This document shows, in pieces, positions 1 to 13,837 of a stretch of 64,000 nucleotides of DNA; position 1 is the first letter of the stretch, and every line of letters starts with the position of its first letter. The notes beneath the pieces are model-generated. The model did no database searches. It was not told the origin of the DNA and worked only from the letters and a program-made list of their open reading frames with translations. A program made the translations under genes and the position numbers. The stretch comes from Chlorokybus atmophyticus. Lineage: Eukaryota; Plantae; Mesostigma and Chlorokybus algae. The stretch spans positions 974,725 through 1,038,724 of the forward strand of contig RHPI01002090.1 in NCBI GenBank assembly GCA_009103225.1. Direction: 5' to 3'.

Positions 1-43
1 CCATTTTGCCGCATGATGTCACAACATGGATGCATTGCAACAG

Positions 44-2136
44 GAAGAACACAAACAACAGCTTGAGAAGCTACAGGAAGAAATGGAATCACGCAAGGAG
101 GTGTGTAGCCGCAGAACTGTGTTCTCTGATTGCAACTTGTTGCTCATTGTTGGCTGTTGTACAATAGGGGAAAGGCCATGTTGAGGACAAAAGCATCTTC
201 CATGGTAAGGAACTCAAGGATTACCAGGGCAGATCTTGGCTTGCAGCTCCCAAGGAACACAAGGCAGATAACGCCCACTGCTACATTCCGAAGCGCCATG
301 TCCACACCTGGTATGCTGTTTCTGAAATTATGCTACATGTTTGCCTTGACAGCGCCTAATTTGTGACATTGGTTGCAGGAGTGGGCACACAAAAGGGGTT
401 CATGCTATTCGCTTTTTTCCCAAAACTGGACATTTGCTGCTGTCGGCCAGCATGGATACCAAAGTCAAGGTGCGTGTTTCGCCATCGGAAGCAGCAAGTA
501 CATGACAGAACGCAGTGTCATGACACATGTCTCTGTTCCTGCAGATTTGGGATGTGTATGGCAATGGCAAGTGCATGCGCACTTACATGGGTCACTCCAA
601 ACCTGTTCGGGACATTTGTTTCACTAACAATGGACAACAGTTCCTAAGCGCAAGGTATGCTCACTGCTATTTCAAAGCTTGCAATGACCGCTTGCTGCAG
701 TCCATTGCAAGGCAGAGATGTGCTCTGTAACTTTGCAGTTATGACCGCAACATTAAGCTCTGGGACACCGAGACTGGCCAAGTCGTCAGCACGTTTTCAA
801 CTGGCAAGGTATGGAATTGTGTTGCATACAGAAGGTCTTTGCTTTACTGCAGTCGTGCAAACCGCATATCATTTATCGCAGGTGCCCTATGTAGTCAAGT
901 TCAACCCCGACAACGACAAGCAGCACATCTTCTTGGCAGGCATGAGCGATAAGAAGATTATTCAGGTATGCACTTTGGCATGCTGTCCGTAGTCTTTAAC
1001 CCAAGCCTGTTGGTTGAATGCTAGTGCCAATGCGTTCTATGTGTCTTGGCAGTGGGACACACGGACAGGGAAGTTGGAGCAAGAGTATGATCAGCATCTG
1101 GGAGCTGTCAACACCATTACCTTTGTGGATGACAACAGGCGATTTGTCACATCCAGCGATGACAAATCGCTACGAGTCTGGTGAGCATGTTACGTGTTGT
1201 TTTGGTCACTGATTTGTGGTGTCTTGTTGGCAGCCCTCAAGCACCTGACACACTGTGCTCTTACAGGGAGTTTGGCATCCCAGTGGTCATCAAGTATATC
1301 AGCGAGCCACATATGCACTCGATGCCTGCGCTAACTCTGCATCCGAATGGTACTCCTTAACTAAATTTTGCAACCTGTCCAGCGTCAACATGCATGGACC
1401 TGCACTGGACATCTGCGCAGACGGCACTTGCTCGTTTCCAGGCTATGCACATTGTGACAGTGGCTTCTGTTGCACATTGCAGGCAATTGGCTTGCTGCAC
1501 AGTCGCTAGACAATCAGATCCTGATATACAGCACGCGCGAGCGCTTCAGGCTCAACAAGAAGAAGGTTGGTTCAACTTACGCTTCTTGTCTTTGCTGGAG
1601 TTTTGGCTCTGGCTCTCGCATAACCTGACCTGGTGCGTGTTGCAGCGATTTGTCGGGCACTTATGCGCAGGGTATGCTTGTCAAGTCGGCTTCTCGCCCG
1701 ATGGCAGGTGAGTTGTTTGCTTCATGTGTGGTTGAGACACTGATCTGTTGCACTGCCGTACTCTCACATGCTATTATACCTGCAGGTTTGTGATTTCCGG
1801 GGATGCGGATGGGCGCTGCTTCTTTTGGGACTGGAAGACTAGCAAAATATTCAGGTTTGCTTGCACACAGTTGCTGCCATGCAGGCTGCTCTTGTCACAA
1901 GCTCACGGGTCAGGTTGTGTGTTTGCTGAAGTGTTGCCTGCGTTTTAGGACATTGAAGTGTCACGATGGCGTCTGCATCGGTGCGGTCTGGCACCCGCTG
2001 GAGACGAGCAAAGTCGCAACTTGTGGCTGGGATGGGCTCATTAAGTTCTGGTCCGTGTGTTACTTCACTGGACCTGCTTGCCCACCTGGAGTAGCAATCC
2101 CTGTGCTGACATCATGCTCATTGTTGCAGGGATTGA
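44..2136 (+). CDS. CDC40: Pre-mRNA processing factor 17 (WD40), multi-exon, 5' end lies outside the window
   Basis: Spliced exons give [17 protein letters not shown]...[64 protein letters not shown]...[18 protein letters not shown]...[27 protein letters not shown]. The final junction is TG|gt..ag|G GAT TGA with the stop at 2134-2136. These are characteristic PRP17/CDC40 motifs. Confidence 0.95.
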
Positions 2137-3225
2137 GACGAATCTTGCGCGAGTGGTGCAGTGTGCTCGCATTCAGTCAAAGCTTGACAGGCATCCTGTC
2201 ATCTTGTGCCACCAGCAGATAGCAATGCACTACCTAGGAGAGATGCACTCATTGGTCCTATGCGGGGTTTGCTGAGAAACGCAGTGCTGTGCACGCTGTG
2301 GGCCGCGACGTAGTTGTGGCTGCAGCTGCCTGTTGGCAGATATTTCCTGCACTATCTAGAGGACTATCCCTACATTCCGCGTGCCGGGCAGAGGATGCGA
2401 GCTCTATATGTGACATGACGGTGCAGCAGTTGGTTGCTTGGTGCTGTCCGCCTGAGTGTACAGTTTCGCGGACGCATATCTGACAGTGATGTACACTTGT
2501 AATGTCAAGGTCCTAGTGATGGTGAGAAAGAAACTCTCTGTGTTAAGGAGCTCTTGGTTACACCATTGCACACATGTTGACAGTTGTGGCAAATGTAACA
2601 TCTGTGCGCGAGTACGGGCAGTCGAGACAGATACTGCTTGTGACACTTGGCCGCCCCTGTGAGCCGCTTGTGGTGTTTCCTTGAGGGTACTGGTCTATGA
2701 TTGGCTCATGTTTGGCATGCGGAGCCAAAGGTGACAACTCTACGCGCAAGATTGTACATGATCTGGCTTTAAGAGTTGCGTGCAGAAGAAGACTTTGATG
2801 ATTATACAACTGCTGTTGCACAAAGCCCAATTGAACAAATCACGCCCGAGAATGTACTCGCAACTGAGAGCAAAGCGCATTGACAGTACTGTGTAATTAT
2901 ACAGAATATGCACGTGATGTATGCTGCAGTTGTAGCTGTAGCCAACTGCCGTGTACTCTAAACTCACAACTTACCTCCAGCAGCATATGGCCATGCTAGC
3001 CTGTCTGCCTATACTGCCTTGCACACCGCCCCNGTGCTGTGTCTTGCATTCTGGCCCCTCTCTATTATTATCATCCTATGCATTGCTTGTGGCGCGTACT
3101 TGTGCATGCCAAATCCACCTTGGGTGCAATTCTGCCGTAAGTACGCATGTACTTTGCGCGTGTGCATGCCGAACAGTGCAACAGTGCAAAATTGATGGCC
3201 ATGTGTATTGCACTGGCTGTTTGGA

Positions 3226-6200
3226 TCATATGACAATTTCCCGCGGCTGCGGCTTGCGTATGTGTCGCATGGATGATCCAGCTTCTGTTGGTTTGAAAGG
3301 TGCAAGCACGCCGTACGGTTTGGGAATGCCCAGGTCCACCGACATGTACGCATTGGGCCTGGTCTCCGCGGCAGTCTTCCTTGCGGGGGCCATCCCGCTC
3401 TCTATCAGTGCCTTGCGCGACGCCACCACCGCCTGTGCTGCCGCCGCCATGGCCGCCGCCCTCTGCACACAGTTGCTTTGTAAGTCACACGCACAACAAC
3501 CCAGTACAAAATTGGTATGTCACGCATGCGCAGACTCGCTGCACGCAGGTGCAGTCACTCACCTGCATGCGATCCCACTCGCTGTCTGCATCGTCGGTAG
3601 GGGCCTGGCCGTCGGCGAGGCGGACGCCGGCGTCCTCGACCTGCGCCTCAAGGGCGGCCTTGTCTTGCGCGAGCTTCATGGCCATGGCCTGGTACATGGA
3701 GAGCTCCGCAACCGTCGCCATCATGCGCTGCGTGACGGTGTAAATCTTGCTCTGGTAGCTCTTTACCGTCGCCGCCAGCTCCAGCGTATCCTCCCGCCCT
3801 TCTGCCGCTTGCTCCTGCAGCCTCTCCGCCAACGCGGTGACCTCCTCCAGAATCAACTCCTTTTCCAACAGCTGCTCCTTCTGTAGGGGTACACACGAGT
3901 ACAAACACCAACACGTGTTAGCACACACTCTATGGATATGGATCGCTTGTACTGTGTCTGCATGGCACCTTGTCATTCAGTCTCTCTTCCAAGGAATTGA
4001 TTTTGGCAAGCAGTTCATCGCGTTCCGGTATCTTGCCCTCCAGATTGCGCCACTTGGGCCGCGTGGCAGGGTCCTCCAGCGTGTTCGACACGTCCTCAAC
4101 CTGTGATAAACAAGCAGTTGCAACGCTCAACCAGGGGCAGTTGTTGCTGTTGCTGCTCATCAATAGCAACACAGCCATCACAACACAAACAAATACTTAC
4201 GCGACTCGCGGTTGCTTCAAGCTCCGAGCGCAAATTGCCTATTGACTTTTGGCATTCGGGGATGATCGGCTGCTGGGCTTGCGCGTTGATGATGGAGCGC
4301 TTGAGATGCTCTATCTGTATGCGGAGGAGGCGGGACTGGTCGTCAATGTGCGCGAGGGCGACGGTGCCATTGTGGAGGGCGTCATCGTTGGCGTGGGCGC
4401 GCTGGTAGAGTATGCAGAGCTCATCGTGACGGTCGATGAGGGTGAGGCCCGTGAGGTTCCTACGCTCGGCAGCGCCCTCGTACTCCTTCCTGAGGGCGAC
4501 CATGCTGCGCTCGGCGACGTCCACGCCGCCGTTGAGCTTGTCGATCTCTGCAAGCTGCTCCTCGACGGCGGTGCGGCGATCACGAATGACAATGGCGCTG
4601 GCGTTGACCTCGAGGCGAAGGTGGTCCCTGTCGGCAACGAGGCCGCCGGCTTCCAGACGCACCTTGGCGAGCTGCTTCTCTTTGGCGGCGAGCTCCTCGC
4701 GCAGGATGTCGGCCTCGCTGGACACGGCCTTGAGCTTCTCCTTCATCTCCGACAGCGTCTGACTGCTCTGCTGGATGAGGTTAACGAAGTTGGAGCGCTG
4801 GTTCTTGACGAGGTTGTAGAGCGCGTGCGTGGCCGCCAGCCGCGAGGCCGTCTCCCGCTTCTTCTTCTTCAGGTCCAGGATCACCAGGTCCTTCACCCGC
4901 ACGGCCTCCAGCGCCTCCCTCTGCTGCGCCGCCTTGTGTCCGGCCTCCCTCGCAGCCCGCAGCCTCGCCGAGTCCAGCTCGCTCACCCGTCTCCTCGCCG
5001 CCGCCTCCGCCCTCGCAAGGCTCACCACCTCCCTCTCCAGGTCCGCCACCGCCGTCGCCGACTTCCTCACCGCCTCGGCAGCCTCCTTCCCGAGGCCCTC
5101 CTCGCGCGCGAGGACCTGCCTCTGGGCGCCGGCCTCCACCCTGGCCTCCTCCAGGGAGGCCGCCTGGCGAGCGCGCTCGGCCTCGAGGGATGCCAGCTGG
5201 GCAGACGCCTGCTCCTTCACGCTCGCAAGCATTGGCACGCTGCTTTGAAGCGCCTTGAACGCCGCGTCGGCACGCTTCAGCCGCTTCAGCGCCAGGTCCT
5301 TGTCCTTGATACGCCTCGCAAGCTCCTCCTTTGCCGCCCTCACCTCCACCGTCACCGACGACACCTGCGCCACCATGTGCACGCATGCTAGTGTTACCCG
5401 AGCGCACAGCGAGATGGTCTGGTTCCATACCCACGCAGTGCCACTCACCTGCATGTCTACGCTGACGCGGTCGGCCATGAGCTGATCGGCCTCGAGGCCA
5501 GCGGCGTCCAGGTCGCGGCGCACCTCATCTGCCGCGCGCTCTTTTGCCTCCGCCGCCGCACGCGACCGCTCCATCAGCGCTGCCAACTGATACAACAATA
5601 TAACATTTAGTGGCTGGACCGATCTCGTGTAGCAGCTGTACACGACAACTGCTCCCTCACCTTGCTGTGCTCATCGTTGATCTCTTTGAAGCGTGTGCCC
5701 TGTGCGCCGCCGTCAGCCTCCAGGTCCCGCAAACGCTCTAGCGCGCGAGCCTCTTGCAGCCGCAGCGTCCTCAGCCCCGTCGCCAGCACCTCCACTTGCT
5801 TCGCCACCTGAACCAACAACCACAGTCAACAATAACGCCATGACCATTGATGATAATGATGGTGATGATGGTGGTGTACCTTGTCGGGGCCTTGGGCGAG
5901 GCGGGTAAGGGCGCTCTCGGCGGCGAGCTTCTCGGAGATGAGGTTCTCGGTCTCGCGCTTGACCTCAGCGGCGCGCTCCTCGAGGGCTTCGAGCTCCTTG
6001 CGCAGGGCGGAGGCGCGGGTGGCGTCCTCGGCCGCAGTCGCCCCCGCGTCCGACGCCTCCTTCCTCGCCGCCCTCACCTGCGGCACCAGCAACGCCGCCG
6101 ACTCCCTCTCAGCCGCGTCCACCAGATCCATCGCCTACACACAGCACTCATTGGTGTGCACGCGCGCATGTGCACGTGTATGTATGTGCATGTGTTTTCG

Positions 6201-7167
6201 AACTGGGAGTGATAGACTCTGCAGAGTGATTGGACCTCCCGGCATGCACTGACTATCCAGAGTGCGCACCTCTCCCTTATTGCGCTTAAGCTCTTCAATC
6301 TCGAGCTCAAGGAGCTGCTCTCGTTGCCTTGCCATTGCAGCCTGAGTGCCCAACCCAGCATTTTGCTGAATATATTGGAACAACGCCTTACCAAGCATGC
6401 ACATGACATCCGAGAGAACATGCGCGTACTTGAGACTGAGCATAATCAGCGTCGTCGCGGAGGCCTTCAACTAGAGTGGCATAGTCCGGGGAGGTCGCTG
6501 CGAGACGGGCGCGGGTCTCCGCCACCCGTACCGCTTGGGCCTTTGCCTACACACATGCAGGCAACAATCCTCACACATGAGCATTGTTGCTTGTCAAGGC
6601 TGTGCTAAATGATTGGCTTGTGATGCAGTCAGGACTGGGACGTACATGGTTCTGAAGCCGCTTGTCCGTCGAGACAGCATCCTCCAGCGCAGAGTAGAGC
6701 GCGATGAACTTCTCTCTATATTATTGAACGGTTAGCTATCAACATCAGCATGGGAGAGCCAGGCCATGCCAAGAGCACAATGGTGTTACATCTGCCTCGT
6801 ATTGATATATAAGATGTATATTATATGCCACATATGAGACTGACCTCCATCTCACAGTACCCTCTGCGCTGCCTCCGCCGCTTTCGGAGGTCTCTTCCAG
6901 TGCCTCCAGGGCGGCAGCTCTGGACACGGAGCGCAGGCCCTCCTCCGCCCATCCGTGGCCAGCGCCGCCCCCGCTGCCGGGGCTCAGGCCCAGGCCACCC
7001 AGCACGTGGCTGCTGCTGGAGTCGGGGCTGTACGCGTGGCTGGGGCTGCCGTGGCTTTCAGGGCTGCCCTTGGGCGATGCTGACGACGGCGATGGGATGG
7101 GGGAGGACGTGGAGGGGGCGGTGGTGGTGGTGGTGATGTTGGCGGGTGGAGGCTTTGTTATTGCCAT
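3226..7167 (-). CDS. CCDC146: Coiled-coil axonemal protein CCDC146/MBO2, multi-exon
   Basis: Long coiled-coil exons include [17 protein letters not shown] and [14 protein letters not shown]. The C-terminus [44 protein letters not shown] matches the CCDC146/MBO2 C-terminal signature. The start (ATG at 7167, MAITKPP...) is inferred. Confidence 0.88.
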
Positions 7168-7687
7168 AGCGACAGAGAGTGCAGCAGCTCCCCGTCGCTC
7201 TACGCCTACTCCTGCTCCTCCTTGACGATCTGCTGCTCCGCCGCCGCCTGCGGTTCGGTGCCCCGCCGGCGGCGGCGGCTAGCGAGCGTGTATGTGCCAC
7301 GTGGCACGATCATCACTCAGCGACGATTGCGCGGTAATTTTGGGTCTAGCCTAGAGTGACTCGCGAGTCACGTGATAGGTTAAGAACCCCCCCGCGCACG
7401 ACGTTTAGAAACACTGCAAACCATGAAGCTAGCTCTCATATCGGGAGAGTCTGCTGCGCGCGTTCTGATATCCATGCCTTTTCGCAGTTGGAGGCGAGCC
7501 GTGTCCAGCGTGAGCCAACCGTGAACGACGGCGTGTGACAGTGGCTCCACACCAGGTCGGATTAGGCGCACCTGCGCCGGCGGCGGCGGCGAAGGTGCCC
7601 TAGGTGGTGGAGGCAGAGGACGCAAGGGCAGAAGCGGTTTGGGAGGCGTTGGGCATACAGTGGGAAACGTTGGACGCACAGGAGGAG

Positions 7688-10600
7688 ATGGGGTTGGACC
7701 CCATGTTGAGCCCTTCCAGAGGAGGTCACACCAACGCTGGGGAGAAGGTCACATCGGCTATGCTTAGAGAGGCGGCTGCTCAGGTCCGTTTCCTGCACTC
7801 AAAAGGAATAGTGGGGTTGTAACTCACAATTCAGTTAGGCACAAACAGTAGTTTCTGTGAGTAGCAGTTGCTGTAGAGACTAACAAGGTTTGAGGAACGT
7901 TTAGACACTAATGATGGGAACTGAACAGCATTGCGCGTTGCACATTGATACCTTTGATGATGACTAAACTGTACAGTGTATGGTTCGAGCGGTGGAACAA
8001 CTCGGCCGTATAGGTGTGCCGCACGCCTATACAAACACATAATGCCACCATGACTGCGTTGTCACAGCATGATGACTGTGTCCAGGGAAGCTTATCTTCA
8101 CATATAGTGCAAACCTGTACTTGTTGTTGATTGCATACTCGTCCAGGCCGAGTTGTTGCGCAAAGAGCTATCGGCAGTGAAGCAGCAGCGCATGAGTTTG
8201 ACGCTGCCGGCCCAGCTGCAAGTCCCGGCCAAGTCCCAAACCCAAAACCACACCCAAACGCATCATCCCCGTCCCATCAACCCAAAGTCCCCGCCGCGTG
8301 CGGAGTGGCGTGGCGTGCTGAACACCCTCCACGACAACGACAAGACGCATGACGCTCGCAACAGTACCCATCACCACAGCGGCGCCCACAGCCCTCGACA
8401 TGATGGCAACGGCGGCGCCGGCGGCCCAAAACTATGGGACGGCCACGGCCTGGCGCCCGCAAACGCCCGACGCGACAAGCTCACCTCCAAAGAAGCCATG
8501 ATTGAGTACCTGCGCCAGGTGAGATGAGTTAATGGCAGTGTAAGTGTGATGTTGGTAGTGCTGGCGGAAATGACGGTGAGGATGAGGATGTTGAGTGTGG
8601 CGTGCGGCGCAGGTGAATGCGGTGATGGACCACATAGCGTTAGCTGCGGGTCACAAGAGCAATGCGAGCCAGCATGACTCTGCTGCTGCCCGCGATCATG
8701 CGCATGAAAGCGAGGAGGACCTCGATGAAGCGGCATACCGGCCAACATCAACATCATCATCCTCGCCTTTGAGGCGCCGACGCAGCAAGAGCGCGCGAAG
8801 CAGGAGCGGCAGCGGCAGCGGCAGCCATCACAGGCACCGCCGCGCGATTTACACCCACAACAATCACCAAAGACGCAGCAGCGTGCAGGACAACCGCGGC
8901 AGCAACACGTACGCGGAGGGGTTCGCGTACGACGAGGAGCTCATCGAGGACGACCACATGACCACCCACGAGCGGAGGCCACTAGCGCGGCTCAAGCCTA
9001 GGAGGACGTCCGCCGCATCGGATGTCAGTGCTGGCACCGATGCGGGCATCATGACGGGATACCGCCTGACTCCGATGGGATATGGTTACCTTCCTGCGGG
9101 AGGAGGAGGAGGAGGAAACGACGACGAACGCAATGACTACGCTGCCGACGAGTACGTCAACGAGTCGCACCACGGAGCGCGCGGGAGCAACCGCGTGTAC
9201 GCCATGCCTGCTGCTCAGATCAGGATGGTATACCCTCCTGAACAGCAGCAGCAGCCGCTGCAGCAGCAGCCTACAGTGCTATCACCGCCAGCTGGTGTAA
9301 CATCGCCGCCTTCGAGTCAGGAGCAAGCGCATTGGCCGTCCGTGCGTGTAGCAGTAAAACTGACGTCCCTCATGAAGGGCAAGATGGCCGCTGGCAGGTC
9401 TCGCCCAACGAGCCCTGCGGCATCCAGCGTCGGGTCTCTGATAGACGCGGACTTACCCGACAACACGCCGATGTTGCCGTCTTCTGCTCCGCCCGAAACT
9501 AGTGTCTCATTCTCCAATGGCATGGGAACAACAACAACGACGCTCGCAAAGACGGCGTCGGTCAGGCTGCGCACACTCATGTACAGCAACTCTGCCAAAC
9601 TGGAACGAATGCGGTCGTTCTCAGCGCCCAAACCCAACGCCCATCTCGTCCTGCAGAAGTCCCGCAGCATCGCGCCCACAGCTACATCAACGTCCACAAC
9701 AACGCTGTCTCCTCCGCCGCCGCCAGCAGAGCCGTTGCGCGCATTCCAACGCTCCACCTCAGCGTCGCGCTCTCGCTCTCGCTTGCAACCGCCCAACGCA
9801 GTGCTTGCGCACAGCAATAGCGCGAAGGCGAGCACACGTGCGGTGAGGACTTCCAGCTTCAACATCAGCGAGGCCCTCAAGCGTGGCAGCAGCAACGTTG
9901 GCATGAGCCCGCACGTGGCGAACCTCATCGCTTCTGAGCTCAGCCCTCGGCGACGAAGCCGCCTCAGCAATATGGACATCGCACCTGCCGAGGGGGATAT
10001 CCGCACCGCACGCGACGCAAACAGCAACAGGGCTGAGCACAATGAACATGAGAGTGGAGCGGGTGCAGCGCCCGCAAACGCGCTTACGCCAAGCTCGCCG
10101 GCCGCATGCATGCTTACGCCGCCACTTTCCGACAGCGAAGAGGGCGAGGAGATGCACGGGGAGGATGACTGCGTGACAGACGCACACGTGCACAACAGCG
10201 CTCACGCCTCGCCAAGGAACTCCATGAAGTCTCTGAAGTCTCCTCAGCGCATGCGCGATGTTGATGTTGATATTGAAGAATCTGGCATTGAAGGTGTTGA
10301 CGACCACAGCACTAGGAAGGCTCAAGAAGAGCGAGCGCAGCTGGAAGAACTGTTGAGATTGGCTGAGGAGGCGGGCACTGCCGGCCACCATGCGTACCGC
10401 TCAGAAAGTGCGGGATCAAGCTCGTCGCACCTGGACGGAGGTAGTGCTAATCCTGGTGGTGCCGGAGCCAGCCAACGGCATGAACAACAGCATCCAAAGC
10501 AGCAACAGCGACAGGGGGAGGGAGCAAATCAGGTGGAGGAGCAGTTCAGGTGAGAAGGCGTTCCACGTAAGAGCGCACACAACATGCAATGAAGCACTCA

Positions 10601-11142
10601 AATCCACATAACATGACAGGGAGGCAGAGGCTGCCTTGGCATTGCTGGCAAGCGGGTATGAGATACGCAAGCTGGGGCGTTCTGGTAAGGGCAGGGGTCA
10701 CATCCGGAGGCTCTTTATGGAAGTCGACATTAATGCACAGGTGTGAGCGCTGAGCACTCGTCACATGCTGTCCATGCTGTCCAAGCCAAGTGTCACCGCA
10801 TGCATTGTCTCACAGGTATGCCCTGTGTTCAGGTCAGCTTAGTGTGGAAAGGTGGCTTCATGGAGCGCACTCCAAAGCGCGGTACGTCACACTACAACAT
10901 CCAACTAACACATCAACGCGGCTGCCTTTCACGCACACTTACCTGATCCTGTATTTGCAGTGAAGCTGCTGGGGACGGAGCGGGTGGCAGGCATGCCGCT
11001 GGTCGTGCGGGTGTTAACACCGCAGAAGGATATCCTGCTGCAGGCGGAGGACGAGTCGGCTTGCCGCCTCTGGACGTACGGCGTGGGTCAGATCCTCACC
11101 CACGCCGAGCTCCTCACCGATGATGCCCTGCCTGACGAGTGA
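7688..11142 (+). CDS. Uncharacterised Ser/Pro-rich, largely disordered protein with short coiled coils and a C-terminal PH-like domain
   Basis: A large open exon lies at about 8590-10550. It is followed by small exons ALALLASGYEIRKLGRSGKGRGHIRRLFMEVD / VSLVWKGGFMERTPKR / LVVRVLTPQKDILLQAEDESACRLWTYGVGQIL, a PH-fold pattern with a C-terminal Trp helix. The start and first exons are uncertain. Confidence 0.65.
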
Positions 11143-11569
11143 TTGTGCTGGCCTTGGGTTGGCCGCAAAGTCAGTGCGCAACTGCAGCCGAATGCAGCTT
11201 CACATCCCAGAGCATACTAGAAGTGTGAAACAGCCACCCCCATATCCTTATGTTTGTATAGGCCCTACGTCACGTGTTCATATGAGGATACCTGAGATTT
11301 CTGCTCGATGCAGAAAAAAACCCTACACATGACCTGATAGTACTTGGAGTGATGCAACGAGTGTTGGTACAAGTGCAGTTCAATTATACACTGTGCCCCG
11401 CGGTCGATGCTTTGTCATGCACATGTTGGGCACAGTGAGTACAAGAAGGCGTTTTACAGGCGTTTTACATGAGCGAAATGTATTCACATAACGAGTGCTC
11501 GTCAAAGCTGCTACAACACAACTTTACCATCCACCAGAGAACTTGGGCGCTGTGCCTCTCCTCCCCACA

Positions 11570-13365
11570 TCACTCATTGGGATTCAGCAACAGCTTGCCG
11601 GTGGTGCCCTGCCCCTGGATGCGGTCATGCGCCGCCTTGGCATCAGCCAATGGCAACACGTCGTTGATGTTGATCTTCAGCTGCCCAGCTTGAATCCACT
11701 TGAACACTTCACCCGCTCGCTGGTCGAGTTCACCGGGCTGGCGGATGTAATCAAACAAGGACGGCCGCGTGACAATGTACGACCCCTTCGACAGTAGATT
11801 CAGGTCAAGCGGGTCGGGCGCACCGGAGGCAGCCCCAAACAGCACAACGGTTCCTCTAGGTGCCAGCACATTAAAGTTCTTCACGAATGTGGACTTGCCG
11901 ACCCCGTCATAGACCGCTTGCACGCCCTTGCCTTGAGTCAACCGCTTCGTCTCCTCAACAAAATCAACAGCACTGTACAGAACAACCTGTACAGTACAAA
12001 GTTTAACAACCATGAGCATATTGAGAACAAGCATTGCCCATTCAAAACGTTTCAACCTCGTCTGCGCCGGCCTCCTTAGCAATGGCGGCCTTTTCTTCTG
12101 TGGATGTGGTGCCAATAACCAGGCTTGCACCACACAGCTTTGCTATACGGCAGATGAGCTGACCCGTGCCACCCGCTGCGGCGTGCACAAGCACGGAATC
12201 ACCAGACTTGACCTTATATGCTCCCTAAACGGTAATAATAGTGAGACAGTCAAACGACGGCACATGTGGGTTATACTACTATGTTACCTTGACCAGGTAA
12301 TGCCCTGTCATGCCTTGAATCATGGCGGTCGCCGCCGCATCCAGGCTAATGCCATCAGGTACAACAACAAGGCCATCAGCATTAACCACAGCTTTTTGCG
12401 CGTATGATCCTGACACGGCGCTCGGGAAGGCCACCTTGTCGCCAACCTGCAGACAGTGCGTGTCAGAGTATGCCCCATGCAAGTGTTGTGACAAATAACC
12501 AGAGCGTCTGCAAGTCAAGGAGCCATGCCTCCACTTTGGTGACGCCCTCGCCAACAGCTTCCACTGTGCCGGAGCCTTCAAGACCTGCCGTGAAAGGAAC
12601 CGGCTTCGGGTACCTGGAAGGAGAGAAACAAGTGTGAGGTTAGCTCATGCAAACGTGAAACACTAGCAAGCTACCGACAGTATACTACAAATCGACTCTT
12701 TGTAATCAGCAGTGCATGTTCCCATGCAATCAGCAACTTGTTGTTCACGTTCATGCCGCTATGCCACTACCTGTCCGCACCTGCCTTCACGGAAATAGAT
12801 GTCGATGAAGTTCACGCCAGCGTACGCCAAAGCGACGAGAACTTGCCCGGGTCCTGGTGAAGGCACTGGCACCTCCTCCAGCACAAGCTTGTCGGAGCCG
12901 CCCGGCTCATTGACTCGGATCGCCTGTGAAGCAATGGATCAATGCATGAGCGGATGGATGGACGACTGCAGTTACGGGCGGTTGCAATCGCTTCCTTGTT
13001 GTTGTGTGTGGCTGCAACACGAGATTTGACTTGACTGCGTCGCATGACACGGAAGAACGGGTTCGCTTGCCTTGACTCAAACAAGTGCTACGAGACACGG
13101 TACATGGAGCTGCTCAACAAGCCAGAAATACTAAACAAACAAGGCACCCCAAGGAGTAGGCTTGCTGTGCATGCGCACCCTTATGAGGCCAGGCCGTGAT
13201 GTGTAGTTTTTAAACAAAGTCGCCGTAGCATCAACAGGCATGAGGAGTATCCAAGATAGCAAGCAACCGCACACAACACCAAACTGCATGACATTACACA
13301 GCAGTCCGAAGGCAATCTCTCAGACAGCATCATGCACTAAATCCTTTTACTTTCATGGTGACCAT
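11570..13365 (-). CDS. NADPH:quinone oxidoreductase (zeta-crystallin/QOR, MDR family)
   Basis: A micro-exon MVTMK (13351-13365, donor gtaaaa) joins in phase 0 to AIRVNEPGGSDKL...AYAGVNFIDIYF. Further exons give GLEGSGTVEAVG, VGDKVAF, AAATAMIQGMTGHYL, GVQAVYDGVGKSTF and GTTGKLLLNPNE*. Confidence 0.92.
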
Positions 13366-13837
13366 GCTGGGCAGCTAGCGGACGACAACCGAGCTTCCCC
13401 CCGACAGCCCAGCCTGGAAAGCCCGCCAACCAGACCGCCACCGCCGCCCAGCAGCGACTAACCCAAAAACTGCTGCCGCTTAGCTCTTCTGCGCTTGTTT
13501 TGTCCTGAAACCTTCGTTCATCACATGTGTGAAGTTTTTCCTATCAATGCAGTGGGCAAAACGTCTCGGCTTTGAAAGGACAAAGCATTGTTTTTACGAA
13601 TAGATATTGTCTCGAGATACCCGATATCGCACGATGGAAGCCTGACATCCGCTATCACGTGTTGTGCGCTATTTGCCCGCAAGCAGCCCGCAGCTCTGCC
13701 TCGTCGTCGGCGGCGGTGGCAGCAGTGGTGGTGGCTGCGGCCGAGGTGGAGAGGAAGGCGGAGTCTAAGGGACGTATGTGAAGTAAGATCAGCAGCTTGC
13801 AAGCGCTGAAGGGCTGGATCGCACGTTAGGCGGTTAC

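Noticed and set aside
4249-5434. Long alternative-frame ORFs (4249-5391 +, 4781-5434 -, 4829-5248 +)
   Set aside because: They are shadows of the GC-rich coiled-coil exon of CCDC146.
9317-10391. Long minus-strand ORFs (292 and 210 aa)
   Set aside because: They are antisense to the large exon of the PH-domain gene and show no independent motifs.
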